Below, piece by piece: positions 1 through 8,047 of a DNA stretch of 64,000 nt. A model generated the notes under the pieces. That model did not search any database and had not been told where the DNA came from. It saw only the letters and a program-made list of their open reading frames with translations. The DNA lies in NCBI GenBank assembly GCA_964619465.1, contig CAZUES010000021.1, forward strand, positions 2,510 through 66,509, written 5' to 3'. Numbering within the stretch: the stretch's first letter is position 1; every line of letters begins with the position of its first letter. The stretch is from an uncultured Gemmatimonas sp. Lineage in GTDB: Bacteria; Gemmatimonadota; Gemmatimonadetes; Gemmatimonadales; GWC2-71-9. The translations under genes were made by a program, and so were the position numbers.

Positions 1-170
1 ACGGGGCATCCCGTCACGATAGGACGGGGCGGGGAAGAATGCAACCAGGCAGGCCCCGATCGGAGCCCCGCCTTGGTGGCTTTGATTTCGGCGATCGTCT
101 ATACTCCACGCGACCATTTGCCGGGTTGCGGAGGACAGGGCGCCCGGTCCGTTCCAGCCGGAGTTGCGCC

Positions 171-1706
171 ATGAAGCTTTCATCCCTCGTCTGCGGTATC
201 GCCCTCGTTCTGCTGCCGCTCGGTCTGACCGCTCAGGAACGGATCGACCAGGCCGCAATTGCGCGGATCAAGCAGGAGGGTTTTGCCCGCTCGCAGGTGA
301 TGGAAACCGCCAGCTGGCTGACCGACGTCTACGGGCCTCGCCTCACCAACTCCCCGATTGCGCGGCAAGCGGGGGACTGGGCCGTCGAGCGGCTGGCCTC
401 CTGGGGCCTCACCAATCCGCACCTCGAGTGGTTCGATTTCGGGCGGGGCTGGATCAACGAACGGTCAGTGGCCCATGTGGTGTCGCCGGTGCCGTATCCG
501 GTGCACCTCTATCCGGGCGCCTGGACGGTGGGCACCAATGGGCCCGGGACCCACGATGTGGTGATCGTCTCGCTCCCCACCGAGCCGACCGAAGCCGACT
601 ACGCCCGCTATCGCGGGACGCTCCGTGGCAAGATCGTGCTGGCCGCGCCGCTACCGGTGGTCACCCCGATGTTCACGCCGCCGGGTCGGCGCCTGACGAC
701 GCGGGATCTCGACTCGCTGGCGGCGGCCACTCCGCAGCCGGCGGCAGCCCCGATGGGTGGCCCGCCGCGTCCCGGCAGCGGACCGACCCTGGCGGAAATC
801 CGGAACCGGTTCTGGGTCGAGGAAGGCGTGGCAGCTGTCTTCGTTCCCGGGGCCGCCCGGGGCAACAGCGGGAGTATTTCGAACGGCCCGACGGGTAATC
901 GCCAGCCGAACCCTCCCGCGAGTGTGCCGCAGCTGGCGGTGGCGACGGAGCACTACGGCCGGATGTATCGTCAGATCCAGAAGGGCGTGCCGATCCGGAT
1001 GGAACTCGAGATTCGGAACCGGTTCACCGACGATCTCCAGGCCTTCAACGTGATTGCCGACCTGCCGGGCAGCGATGCTCGGCTCAAGGACGAAGTGGTG
1101 ATGATCGGGGCACATTTCGATTCGTGGCACCATGCCACCGGCGCCACCGACAACGCCGGTTCGTCCGCGGTGATGATGGAGGCAATGCGGATTCTCAAGG
1201 CGTCGGGTGTGCCGCTCAAGCGCACCGTGCGGCTGGGGCTCTGGACCGGCGAGGAGCAGGGGCTGATCGGGGCGCGCGAATATGTCGCCCAGCATTTCGG
1301 CACGGCGGCGTCGCCCAAGTCGGGGCATGCCAAGCTTTCGGTCTACTTCAATCAGGACAACGGCGCCGGCGCGATTCGGGGCATCTGGGCCCAAGGTAAC
1401 GACGCGGCTGCTGCGGTATTCCGCCAGTGGCTTCCGGCGGTCGATTCCGACAGCATTACGGTCCGGCACATTACCCGGCTCAATACCGGGTCGACCGACC
1501 ACATCGCCTTCGATCGCGCCGGGCTGCCGGGCTTCCAGTTCCTCCAGGATCCGATGGAGTACGGCACCCGGACGCACCACTCGAGTCAGGACTTCTTCGA
1601 ACGGCTGGTCGAGGGCGACATGAAGCACAATGCGGTGCTGGTTGCCATCTTTGCCTACCAGGCTGCCAACCGGGATGGTCTGATACCGCGAAAGCTCATT
1701 CCATAG
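171..1706 (+). CDS. Secreted M28-family zinc aminopeptidase
   Basis: The ATG at 171 gives the signal peptide MKLSSLVCGIALVLLPLGLTAQ. M28 metal-ligand blocks are present: MIGAHFDSWHHATGATDNAGSSAV, GLWTGEEQGLIGAREY and GSTDHIAF. The track ORF start at 39 adds an R/P-rich leader that looks non-coding. Confidence 0.8.
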   Translation: MKLSSLVCGIALVLLPLGLTAQERIDQAAIARIKQEGFARSQVMETASWLTDVYGPRLTNSPIARQAGDWAVERLASWGLTNPHLEWFDFGRGWINERSVAHVVSPVPYPVHLYPGAWTVGTNGPGTHDVVIVSLPTEPTEADYARYRGTLRGKIVLAAPLPVVTPMFTPPGRRLTTRDLDSLAAATPQPAAAPMGGPPRPGSGPTLAEIRNRFWVEEGVAAVFVPGAARGNSGSISNGPTGNRQPNPPASVPQLAVATEHYGRMYRQIQKGVPIRMELEIRNRFTDDLQAFNVIADLPGSDARLKDEVVMIGAHFDSWHHATGATDNAGSSAVMMEAMRILKASGVPLKRTVRLGLWTGEEQGLIGAREYVAQHFGTAASPKSGHAKLSVYFNQDNGAGAIRGIWAQGNDAAAAVFRQWLPAVDSDSITVRHITRLNTGSTDHIAFDRAGLPGFQFLQDPMEYGTRTHHSSQDFFERLVEGDMKHNAVLVAIFAYQAANRDGLIPRKLIP

Positions 1707-1715
1707 CGCAGGTCC

Positions 1716-1789
1716 GGGCCCTTAGCTCAGGCGGTTAGAGCAGCGGACTCATAATCCGTAGGTCCTGGGTTCGAATCCCAGAGGGCCCA
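1716..1789 (+). tRNA. tRNA with CAU anticodon (Met elongator, or Ile2 if lysidine-modified)
   Basis: Perfect cloverleaf: GGGCCCT-TA-GCTC-AGGCGGTTA-GAGC-A-GCGGA-CTCATAA-TCCGT-AGGTC-CTGGG-TTCGAAT-CCCAG-AGGGCCC-A. No CCA is encoded. Confidence 0.85.
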
Positions 1790-1861
1790 TTCAGTTTTCG
1801 TCTCCCGCCGCTCTGTCCTGGCGCAGAGCGGCTTGCCGCTTCGACCGGGATCCCTCAGATC

Positions 1862-2314
1862 ATGCGCCTCTGGACGGTTCATCCCCGGCACCTCGATGTG
1901 CGCGGGCTGGTGGCGTTGTGGCGGGAAGGCCTGTTGGCGCGTGCCGTGCTGCGGAACGAAACGCGCGGCTATCGTAACCATCCGCAACTCGAACGCTTCA
2001 AGGCGGCCGCCGATCCGGTCGGGAGCATCAATGCGTATCTCGCGGCGGTGCTCGACGAGTCCGTCCGCCGCGGATACCAGTTCGACGGCCGCAAGATTCG
2101 AGGCCCTCGGGCTACCGAGCGCATCGTCGAGACACGGGGGCAACTGCGGTACGAGTGGGAGCACTTGCTTCGCAAACTCGCGCTTCGGGATCCCGCGGCA
2201 TTCGAAACCGCCTCGGCGCTGGCGCGACCCGATCCGCACCCGTCCTTTCGGATGGTGGCCGGCGGGGTGCGTTTGTGGGAGCGAATGGAGCCTCCCTGGT
2301 TCGGAGCCATCTAA
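1862..2314 (+). CDS. Pyrimidine-dimer DNA glycosylase family protein (T4 endonuclease V-like)
   Basis: The N-terminus MRLWTVHPRHLDVRGLVALWREGLLARAVL..TRGYRNHPQLERF matches my recollection of the Pyr_excise family signature. Confidence 0.65.
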   Translation: MRLWTVHPRHLDVRGLVALWREGLLARAVLRNETRGYRNHPQLERFKAAADPVGSINAYLAAVLDESVRRGYQFDGRKIRGPRATERIVETRGQLRYEWEHLLRKLALRDPAAFETASALARPDPHPSFRMVAGGVRLWERMEPPWFGAI

Positions 2315-2318
2315 GCGG

Positions 2319-3572
2319 CTATCCGGAGCAGCCGACTCCCGCTGGCTCGAGCATGGCGAACCGGTCCCGAATGCCAGGCGGCGGCCCCGCGCCGCCCGCG
2401 AACGCCGCCGTCCGGAGCATCGCCAGGTGCGCGAGCGTCAGGTCGGGGTCACGGCTGATCAGATCAGCTGCTTGGCGAAGGGCCAGTTCGGCCCGCGCCG
2501 TATCCCGACGAGACACCGCAACCTCGGCCTGCAGGTAGGCCAGCAGTGCGGCGCCCGCCGCGAAGGTTGGGGCTGTCTCGAGCGCCGTCGTCAGGCGGGC
2601 GATGGCCCGGTCGTGGTCGGGCCCGTCACAGCTTCCAACGGTCCGAACCGCCTCGCGATAGGCACTGAAGGTTCGATGCCCCGGCGCCGAGGAGCTTCCC
2701 AGCCAGCGGAGAACCTGCGGATTGGTGAACGCCGAGAGACGGAGGGCCAGGCGGCGACCGTCGCCGGGCAGCGGCTCGGCGCGCATGGTTTCCTGCCACA
2801 GCGCGGCGCCGGTCGCCAGATGACGCAGCGTCACCCTAGTCCCGGTCGACCCGTCGGTCTCGGGGGCGAGCATCAGGCAGAGATGCGCGGCTGCCGGGTC
2901 TCCACAGGCGTCCGGAGCCGGCATGTCGGCCTGGATCGGCAGAACGTGACTCCCGGCCGCCAAGGCATCGACCAGTGCCTGGGCCTCCGGATTGGGCGGG
3001 GCGCCGATCAGGCGGACCCGCAGCGGGACGGGACCGATGGTCGCAGGCGGCGGAGCCCGACGTAGCGCGACTGCGAGGAGGGCTGTTCCCACCAAGAGTC
3101 CGAGCATGAGCAGGGTTCGCTGCCACCAGGTCCGAAGCCGCGGGGGCGCCGACACGGCCGGCGCATCGCTCCGGACGGCCTCGAGCCTGGCCTGGAGTCG
3201 GTATCCTTGTCCCCGGACCGAATCGATCAGCCGCGCCTCGTAGCCCGCCTCCTCCAGCGCCGCCCGAAGCAGGCGGATCCGCTGTTTCACCGTATCACTC
3301 GTAATAAACGTATCCGGCCAGACGGCCTGCTGGAGGTCCGCCCCGCTTACGTAGGCGGGACGCCGCTGGTCCAGCACTTCGAGGACCCGAAGGCTCAGGA
3401 ACGGCAGTTCCACCGGGTGCCCGCTCGGGCCATGGATGAGCCGGGCGGCCTGATCGATTCGAATCGTCTCGGCGGGTTCCTGGCCGTTCGGGGGCGTCAC
3501 CGTCGATTCACCGTTCTTCACGTTGCTTCTCTTGCTCCGACCGAGGCTGCTTCCCAATCTGAGGCCGCGCAT
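2319..3572 (-). CDS. Membrane-anchored CadC/ToxR-like transcriptional regulator (OmpR-type winged helix, one TM helix, periplasmic TPR-like domain)
   Basis: Winged-helix block: LSLRVLEVLDQRRPAYVSGADLQQAVWPDTFITSDTVKQRIRLLRAALEEAGYEARLIDSVRGQGYRL. It is followed by the TM helix TLLMLGLLVGTALLAVAL and a C-terminal domain of about 230 aa. Start chosen at the ATG at 3572; the longer track ORF would overlap the divergent gene. Confidence 0.7.
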   Translation of the reverse strand: MRGLRLGSSLGRSKRSNVKNGESTVTPPNGQEPAETIRIDQAARLIHGPSGHPVELPFLSLRVLEVLDQRRPAYVSGADLQQAVWPDTFITSDTVKQRIRLLRAALEEAGYEARLIDSVRGQGYRLQARLEAVRSDAPAVSAPPRLRTWWQRTLLMLGLLVGTALLAVALRRAPPPATIGPVPLRVRLIGAPPNPEAQALVDALAAGSHVLPIQADMPAPDACGDPAAAHLCLMLAPETDGSTGTRVTLRHLATGAALWQETMRAEPLPGDGRRLALRLSAFTNPQVLRWLGSSSAPGHRTFSAYREAVRTVGSCDGPDHDRAIARLTTALETAPTFAAGAALLAYLQAEVAVSRRDTARAELALRQAADLISRDPDLTLAHLAMLRTAAFAGGAGPPPGIRDRFAMLEPAGVGCSG

Positions 3573-3621
3573 GGTGCCGGCTGGACCGGCGGCTCGATTC
3601 CTTTCACGATGGGAAGCTCGA

Positions 3622-6309
3622 ATGTACTGGAACACGATGGTTCTCGCGCTGGCGGTGGGTGTCTCGGGGACGAGTCGGGACGAGGCCGGGGCCTGTATCA
3701 CCCCGCCGACCCACTGGTCGGACTATTACGGCGCGCTCGCGTTCGTCGAAACGCCCTTCGAAGACATGACCGGGATCCGTCGCCTGACGCGCGCGGAGGC
3801 CCGAGCGCAGAACCACTACCGGTTCGACTACGATCGGGGGGGGCGTCTGATCCGGCTGACCTTCGCGCTCGACGATACCCCGCGCGATCCGAACCATACC
3901 GCGAACTACCTCTACGAGTCGACGACGGTGGAGATTTGCCACGGGGAGGGATGGGAGCACCGCCGATTTCTCGATCGCGCGGGGAATCCGATGCTGGTTC
4001 GCGGTAACATCGCCGAAGAACGGTACACGCTCGACAGCCTCGGGTATCGGACCGGTCTGACCTTTCACGATCCGGACGGGCGTGCCGTCCAGAGCGGTTC
4101 CGGCGCGGCCCGCTTCGTCTGGCGGATGCAGAAGGACGGGACCGTGATCGAGGAACGGTTCGATTCGACCGGGGCCTTGGCCCCGCTGCGGTCGGGGTTG
4201 CCCTTCTATCGGACCCGTCTTCGCTTCGGCCCCAATGGATGGCTTGCTTTGTTCGAGAACGTCGACTCGGCGGGCGGCTTGGTGCGTAACGCGCTCGGCG
4301 CCGCTCAGGACAAGTTGGAGTACCGGAAGAACGGCGACATGATTGCCTGGAACGTCTACGACGAGCAGGAGCGGCGAGTCGAGGGCAACGGGCCGATGGT
4401 CGCGCGCGGGATCCGCGAGATGGATGGGCGCGGCTACGAAGCCGGGTTGTATTTCCAGGATCGGTACGGACGCGCGATGGCGAACGCCTACGGCTTCGAT
4501 CGCACCGAGACCACGTTCGATCGATTCGGCAACATCGTCGAGCGGACCAACTACGACGCGAACGGCCGGGCCGTCGACAACCCGCGCACCGGCTACGCTG
4601 GCTATCGATACCAATGGGACCGCAGCGGTCGTCGCGAGCTGGCCATGGAGTTCTTCGATGCCGGCGGTCGCGTGGTGGCGCATCAGGAGCGCGGGTATGC
4701 CCGAATGGAGCAACGCTACGACCGGCGCGGCAACCGGACCGAGATCCGCTATCTCGACCCGCGCGGCCGCCTGATTGCCAGGACGGACATCGGCGTCGCC
4801 CGGATCGTGATGGAGTACGACAGTCGGGACCGGCTTCGGCGACGGCGTTATCTCGATGCGGCCGGAGCGCCCGTCGCGCTGCGCGGCGCGAGCGAGGAAG
4901 CCTTTGCCTATCGGCCGGACGGATACCTGGATCGGGTCGTTCGGAATTCGTTCGTGGCCGGCGGCGCCGCGCACCAGGCGCGGCGCCCCGGTCCGGACCG
5001 CGTCCCGCTCGATACGGCGCTCGCCGCCGAGCTTGGCGCGATGCTGCTGGATGCTGCGGAGCTGCCCGGATTCGGGGTGGCGGCCCTGCAGGAAGGCAGG
5101 GTCGTCTATGCCCGCGGTTTCGGCTATCGGGATCTGGCCCGGCGGCTTCCCGTCGATTCCGGCACCGCGTTCCGCGCCGCCTCCGTGTCGAAGGTGGTGG
5201 CGGCGACCGCCGCCCTGGCACTCTATCAGCGCGGCGTGCTCGACCTCGATCGGCCTGTCGGACGCCTGCTGCCCGGCTATCCCGACTCGGCGGATGGCAT
5301 CACGGCACGGCGCCTGGCGGCCCATCTCGCCGGCCTGCCGCACTACGAATCCGGCGCCACGACCGACGGCCGCCATTATCCGACGGCCCGGGAGGCGCTC
5401 GGGATCTTTCGCGGCGCGAGGCCGGTCGGTGCGCCGGGAGAGCGATACCACTACAGCACCCACGGTTTCACGCTGCTGTCGGCTATGATGGAAGCCGCGG
5501 CGGACAAGCCAATCCTCGAGATCCTGACCGATGAAGTCCTGACGCCGCTCGGCATGGGGCGGACCGGCGGGGAACAGCGAAGCTCGCTGCCTCCCTACCT
5601 GACGGTTCTCTATCAGCGCGGACAGGGAGGGCTCGTCCCGATCACCCGCCCGACCGACTACAGCTACAGTTGGGCCGGCGCCGGTCTGCTCAGCACGCCG
5701 AGTGATCTGGTCCGGATGACGACGGCCTACTTCGACGGCAGGCTGCACGACTCGACGGTGCGGCTGGCGCTGACCCCGCAGCGGACCGCCGACGGTACCG
5801 ACATCGGGGTGGGCTTCGCCTGGCGCGTGGGCACCGATTGGCGAGGGCGCCGGATTGCGCACCATGCGGGGGTCACGCCGGGAACGCGGAGCGTGGTGCT
5901 GATGTATCCGGATCGCCAGACATCGGTGGCGCTGATGACCAATCGTAACTGGACCTCGTCGATCGAATCGACGGCCATGGTCCTGCTCGAGGCCCTGACC
6001 GCGTCCGAGCGACACGTGACCCATGGACCGGTCTCTACCGCCTGGACCGGGTCGTTCGCGGGCGACTCGGTTGCCGGCCACCTCCACCTGGTCGACGGGG
6101 CGGGGACGGTGACAGTGCCGCCGGTGCTGCGCGCCTTGTTTGCCAGGGACGGCACCGCGCCGGACGTGCTCCAACTGCGTGCAATCCGGAACGACCTCTA
6201 CGCGCTCGTCACGCCGTGGGGGCTGTATCCCGTGGTTGCGGAGCGCTCGGCGGGTCGGTTCCGGCTGCGAACCAACCTGGGCGCCCGCGAATGGATCATC
6301 ACGACCTGA
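3622..6309 (+). CDS. Secreted fusion protein: N-terminal YD/RHS-like repeat module (about 450 aa) plus C-terminal beta-lactamase-fold serine hydrolase
   Basis: Signal peptide MYWNTMVLALAVGVSG. Repeats include RFDYDRGGRLIRL, TTFDRFGNIVERTNYDANGRAV, YRYQWDRSGRRELAMEFFDAGGRVV and MEQRYDRRGNRTEIRYLDPRGRLI. The hydrolase half has S-x-x-K (FRAASVSKVVAAT), YHYSTHGF and HHAGVTPG. Confidence 0.8.
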   Translation: MYWNTMVLALAVGVSGTSRDEAGACITPPTHWSDYYGALAFVETPFEDMTGIRRLTRAEARAQNHYRFDYDRGGRLIRLTFALDDTPRDPNHTANYLYESTTVEICHGEGWEHRRFLDRAGNPMLVRGNIAEERYTLDSLGYRTGLTFHDPDGRAVQSGSGAARFVWRMQKDGTVIEERFDSTGALAPLRSGLPFYRTRLRFGPNGWLALFENVDSAGGLVRNALGAAQDKLEYRKNGDMIAWNVYDEQERRVEGNGPMVARGIREMDGRGYEAGLYFQDRYGRAMANAYGFDRTETTFDRFGNIVERTNYDANGRAVDNPRTGYAGYRYQWDRSGRRELAMEFFDAGGRVVAHQERGYARMEQRYDRRGNRTEIRYLDPRGRLIARTDIGVARIVMEYDSRDRLRRRRYLDAAGAPVALRGASEEAFAYRPDGYLDRVVRNSFVAGGAAHQARRPGPDRVPLDTALAAELGAMLLDAAELPGFGVAALQEGRVVYARGFGYRDLARRLPVDSGTAFRAASVSKVVAATAALALYQRGVLDLDRPVGRLLPGYPDSADGITARRLAAHLAGLPHYESGATTDGRHYPTAREALGIFRGARPVGAPGERYHYSTHGFTLLSAMMEAAADKPILEILTDEVLTPLGMGRTGGEQRSSLPPYLTVLYQRGQGGLVPITRPTDYSYSWAGAGLLSTPSDLVRMTTAYFDGRLHDSTVRLALTPQRTADGTDIGVGFAWRVGTDWRGRRIAHHAGVTPGTRSVVLMYPDRQTSVALMTNRNWTSSIESTAMVLLEALTASERHVTHGPVSTAWTGSFAGDSVAGHLHLVDGAGTVTVPPVLRALFARDGTAPDVLQLRAIRNDLYALVTPWGLYPVVAERSAGRFRLRTNLGAREWIITT

Positions 6310-6462
6310 GGCGCCACGCACTCGGACGTCCGATCGGGCCGATCGCGACCATCGAATCGTCGTGTCGCGATCGTCGTTGTCGCCGTCCCGGTAGGCGCGC
6401 GGCTCGCGCTTCCGTCCTGGTCGTGGACCCCACCGGTCGTCTGGGGTCGATGGCTGGGACCG

Positions 6463-6933
6463 TCAGAAGGGCTGCTGCCGGAAATGGTCCCACCAGCGGT
6501 CGACCCGCCCAGACGCATCGAAACGCATGGTGATGGCAAAGTGGAGATCGAAGCGGGTCCGCTGTCGGTAGAGCGCCGAGAAGCGACCGCGCGCCTCCAG
6601 CGAATCGGACCGGTGCGTCACTACGGAATCGACGTTGAGTCGCATCTCGGTGTAGTCCTGTGCCATTCGGATCATCCCGGCAAGAAACTGCGCCTTGTTC
6701 TGCGGCGGGCCCGGCGGCTCGACTTCGCGGAACTCGAAGCTCTCGGCCAGGTAGCGCGCGATCGAATCGGGTGATCCGATCAGGGACACGAGCCGTCGTG
6801 CGTGGGCGGGGCCGGGGGTCCAGTCGGGTGTTTGCGGCGCCGGGGGCGTTGGTGGGGGAGTCGGGGGCGCCGTCGTTGGAGTGGCGCCGGCGATCATTAT
6901 GGCGAGCAGGCCGCTGCCGAGAAGCAGGTTCAT
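6463..6933 (-). CDS. Secreted NTF2/SnoaL-like fold protein with a Pro/Thr-rich linker
   Basis: N-terminal hydrophobic segment MNLLLGSGLLAIMIAGA, then a TPTTAPPTPPPTPPAPQTP linker. The C-terminal 110 aa or so (FLAGMIRMAQDYTEMRLNVDSV...ITMRFDASGRVDRWWDHF) resembles the NTF2-like superfamily. Confidence 0.5.
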   Translation of the reverse strand: MNLLLGSGLLAIMIAGATPTTAPPTPPPTPPAPQTPDWTPGPAHARRLVSLIGSPDSIARYLAESFEFREVEPPGPPQNKAQFLAGMIRMAQDYTEMRLNVDSVVTHRSDSLEARGRFSALYRQRTRFDLHFAITMRFDASGRVDRWWDHFRQQPF

Positions 6934-7024
6934 CGCGGTTCACCGAAGGCGTGGTTGCGTCGCACGATAGCAGGAGCGGACCGCCGGTTTGCCCGGCCGG
7001 GTGGGAACGGCGGTGCGGTCGTGC

Positions 7025-8047
7025 TCAGCGGTCGTCTGCCAGGCGATGGCGATGGCCACCCCGATGGCGCACCCGGTTGCCGGCGGTGGGGCGGATCTCG
7101 TCTTGGCGGACGCCGTCGACGTCGAGATCAGCAAACGTGACGGGCACGCCTGCGGCCAGGAAGAAGTCCCGCCGGTCTTGCAGGTGGAAATGCAAGTGTG
7201 GCTCGGCACTATGCCCGGTGTGCCCACACCGGCCAAGCAGTTGGCGCGCAGCCACGCGATGGCCCTCCCGCACGGTCACGCTGCCGGTTTCCAGATGGGC
7301 GTAGAGCGAGAATTCCCGCGGCGAGTGCTCCACCACGACATGGTTGCCGAGCACACTGCGGGCCAGCATGTCCACGATGCCGTAGCCGAGCCAGGGCGCC
7401 GGTCCGATGCCGTCGCGGGCCTCGACGACCACACCGGCGGCTGCGGAGCGAACTGGAAGGCCGTGGCAGAAGTAGTCGTCGAGCCGGGTCCCCCGGCCGG
7501 CGTGACGCCGCAACGAATCGTCCGCGACGACGAAGTCGTAGGCGTACCGCTGAGTGAGCACATCCCAGGAGTGGGACGTGACCGGGGTCGTGCCCCCGTT
7601 GTAGACGAACCACTCGCCGTCGAACGGCAGCGTATAGGTGACGTCGTTGACGTACCGGGCGGGGTCGAGTGACGGACCTCTCCGCAGCCGGCGGCTGATC
7701 AGGGCGTTCCCGACGCCTTGACGCACGATTTGGATCAGCTGAAACGGGTTGATCAGGGCAAAGAGTCCCGAGACCGTGAAGATCGCCACTAAGCTGCGCT
7801 GGCCCAGACGGCCGACCGGGCCGGAGGTGGGCCATTCAGCGACGCTGTCGGAGGGAGCCTCGCGATGCCCCGACGTGCCGCGAGATGGGCGGCCGCCCGC
7901 GCCAAGTCGCGAGACGACGGCGGCGAGGACGAGATAGAGCCCGATCGCCCCCCAGTAGGGCAGCCGATAGTCGAATCCGGCGTGCAGGCCCCAGAGCATG
8001 CCGAGGAACAGCACTAGCGGGACGATGAATCGGAAGTCGGCGCGCAT
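7025..8047 (-). CDS. Membrane-anchored M23-family metallopeptidase
   Basis: M23 motifs GNHVVVEH, YAHL and GHTGHSAEPHLHFHL. N-terminal TM helices FIVPLVLFLGMLWGL and GAIGLYLVLAAVV. The ATG at 8047 shares one nucleotide with the upstream stop (TGATG on the minus strand). Confidence 0.8.
   Translation of the reverse strand: MRADFRFIVPLVLFLGMLWGLHAGFDYRLPYWGAIGLYLVLAAVVSRLGAGGRPSRGTSGHREAPSDSVAEWPTSGPVGRLGQRSLVAIFTVSGLFALINPFQLIQIVRQGVGNALISRRLRRGPSLDPARYVNDVTYTLPFDGEWFVYNGGTTPVTSHSWDVLTQRYAYDFVVADDSLRRHAGRGTRLDDYFCHGLPVRSAAAGVVVEARDGIGPAPWLGYGIVDMLARSVLGNHVVVEHSPREFSLYAHLETGSVTVREGHRVAARQLLGRCGHTGHSAEPHLHFHLQDRRDFFLAAGVPVTFADLDVDGVRQDEIRPTAGNRVRHRGGHRHRLADDR

Noticed and set aside
1808-1831. 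The hairpin CCGCTCTG-N8-CAGAGCGG after tRNA-Met, considered as a terminator.
   Set aside because: There is no U-tract after the stem, and it lies 30 nt before the next gene start. The evidence is insufficient.
1716-2314. tRNA-Met or tRNA-Val as integration sites of genomic islands (glycosylase next to tRNA-Met; TA and DUF1684 next to tRNA-Val).
   Set aside because: There is no integrase, recombinase or transposase anywhere in the window, and I could find no direct repeat of either tRNA 3' end.
3604-6321. A 905-aa ORF on the minus strand. Similar long antisense ORFs occur at 3698-5221, 15650-16795, 16399-17838, 23171-24481, 25368-26153, 26553-27827, 28419-30359, 32197-33330, 34201-35772, 39926-41068, 41964-42947, 42589-43860, 48435-49502, 50302-51345, 51529-53553, 53638-55651, 55234-56841, 57847-59037, 59699-61003 and 63085-63831.
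   Set aside because: All lie antisense or out of frame to genes with clear family motifs. Their translations are Arg/Pro/Gly/Ala-rich with no recognisable motifs. These are typical shadow ORFs of GC-rich DNA, where stop codons are rare.
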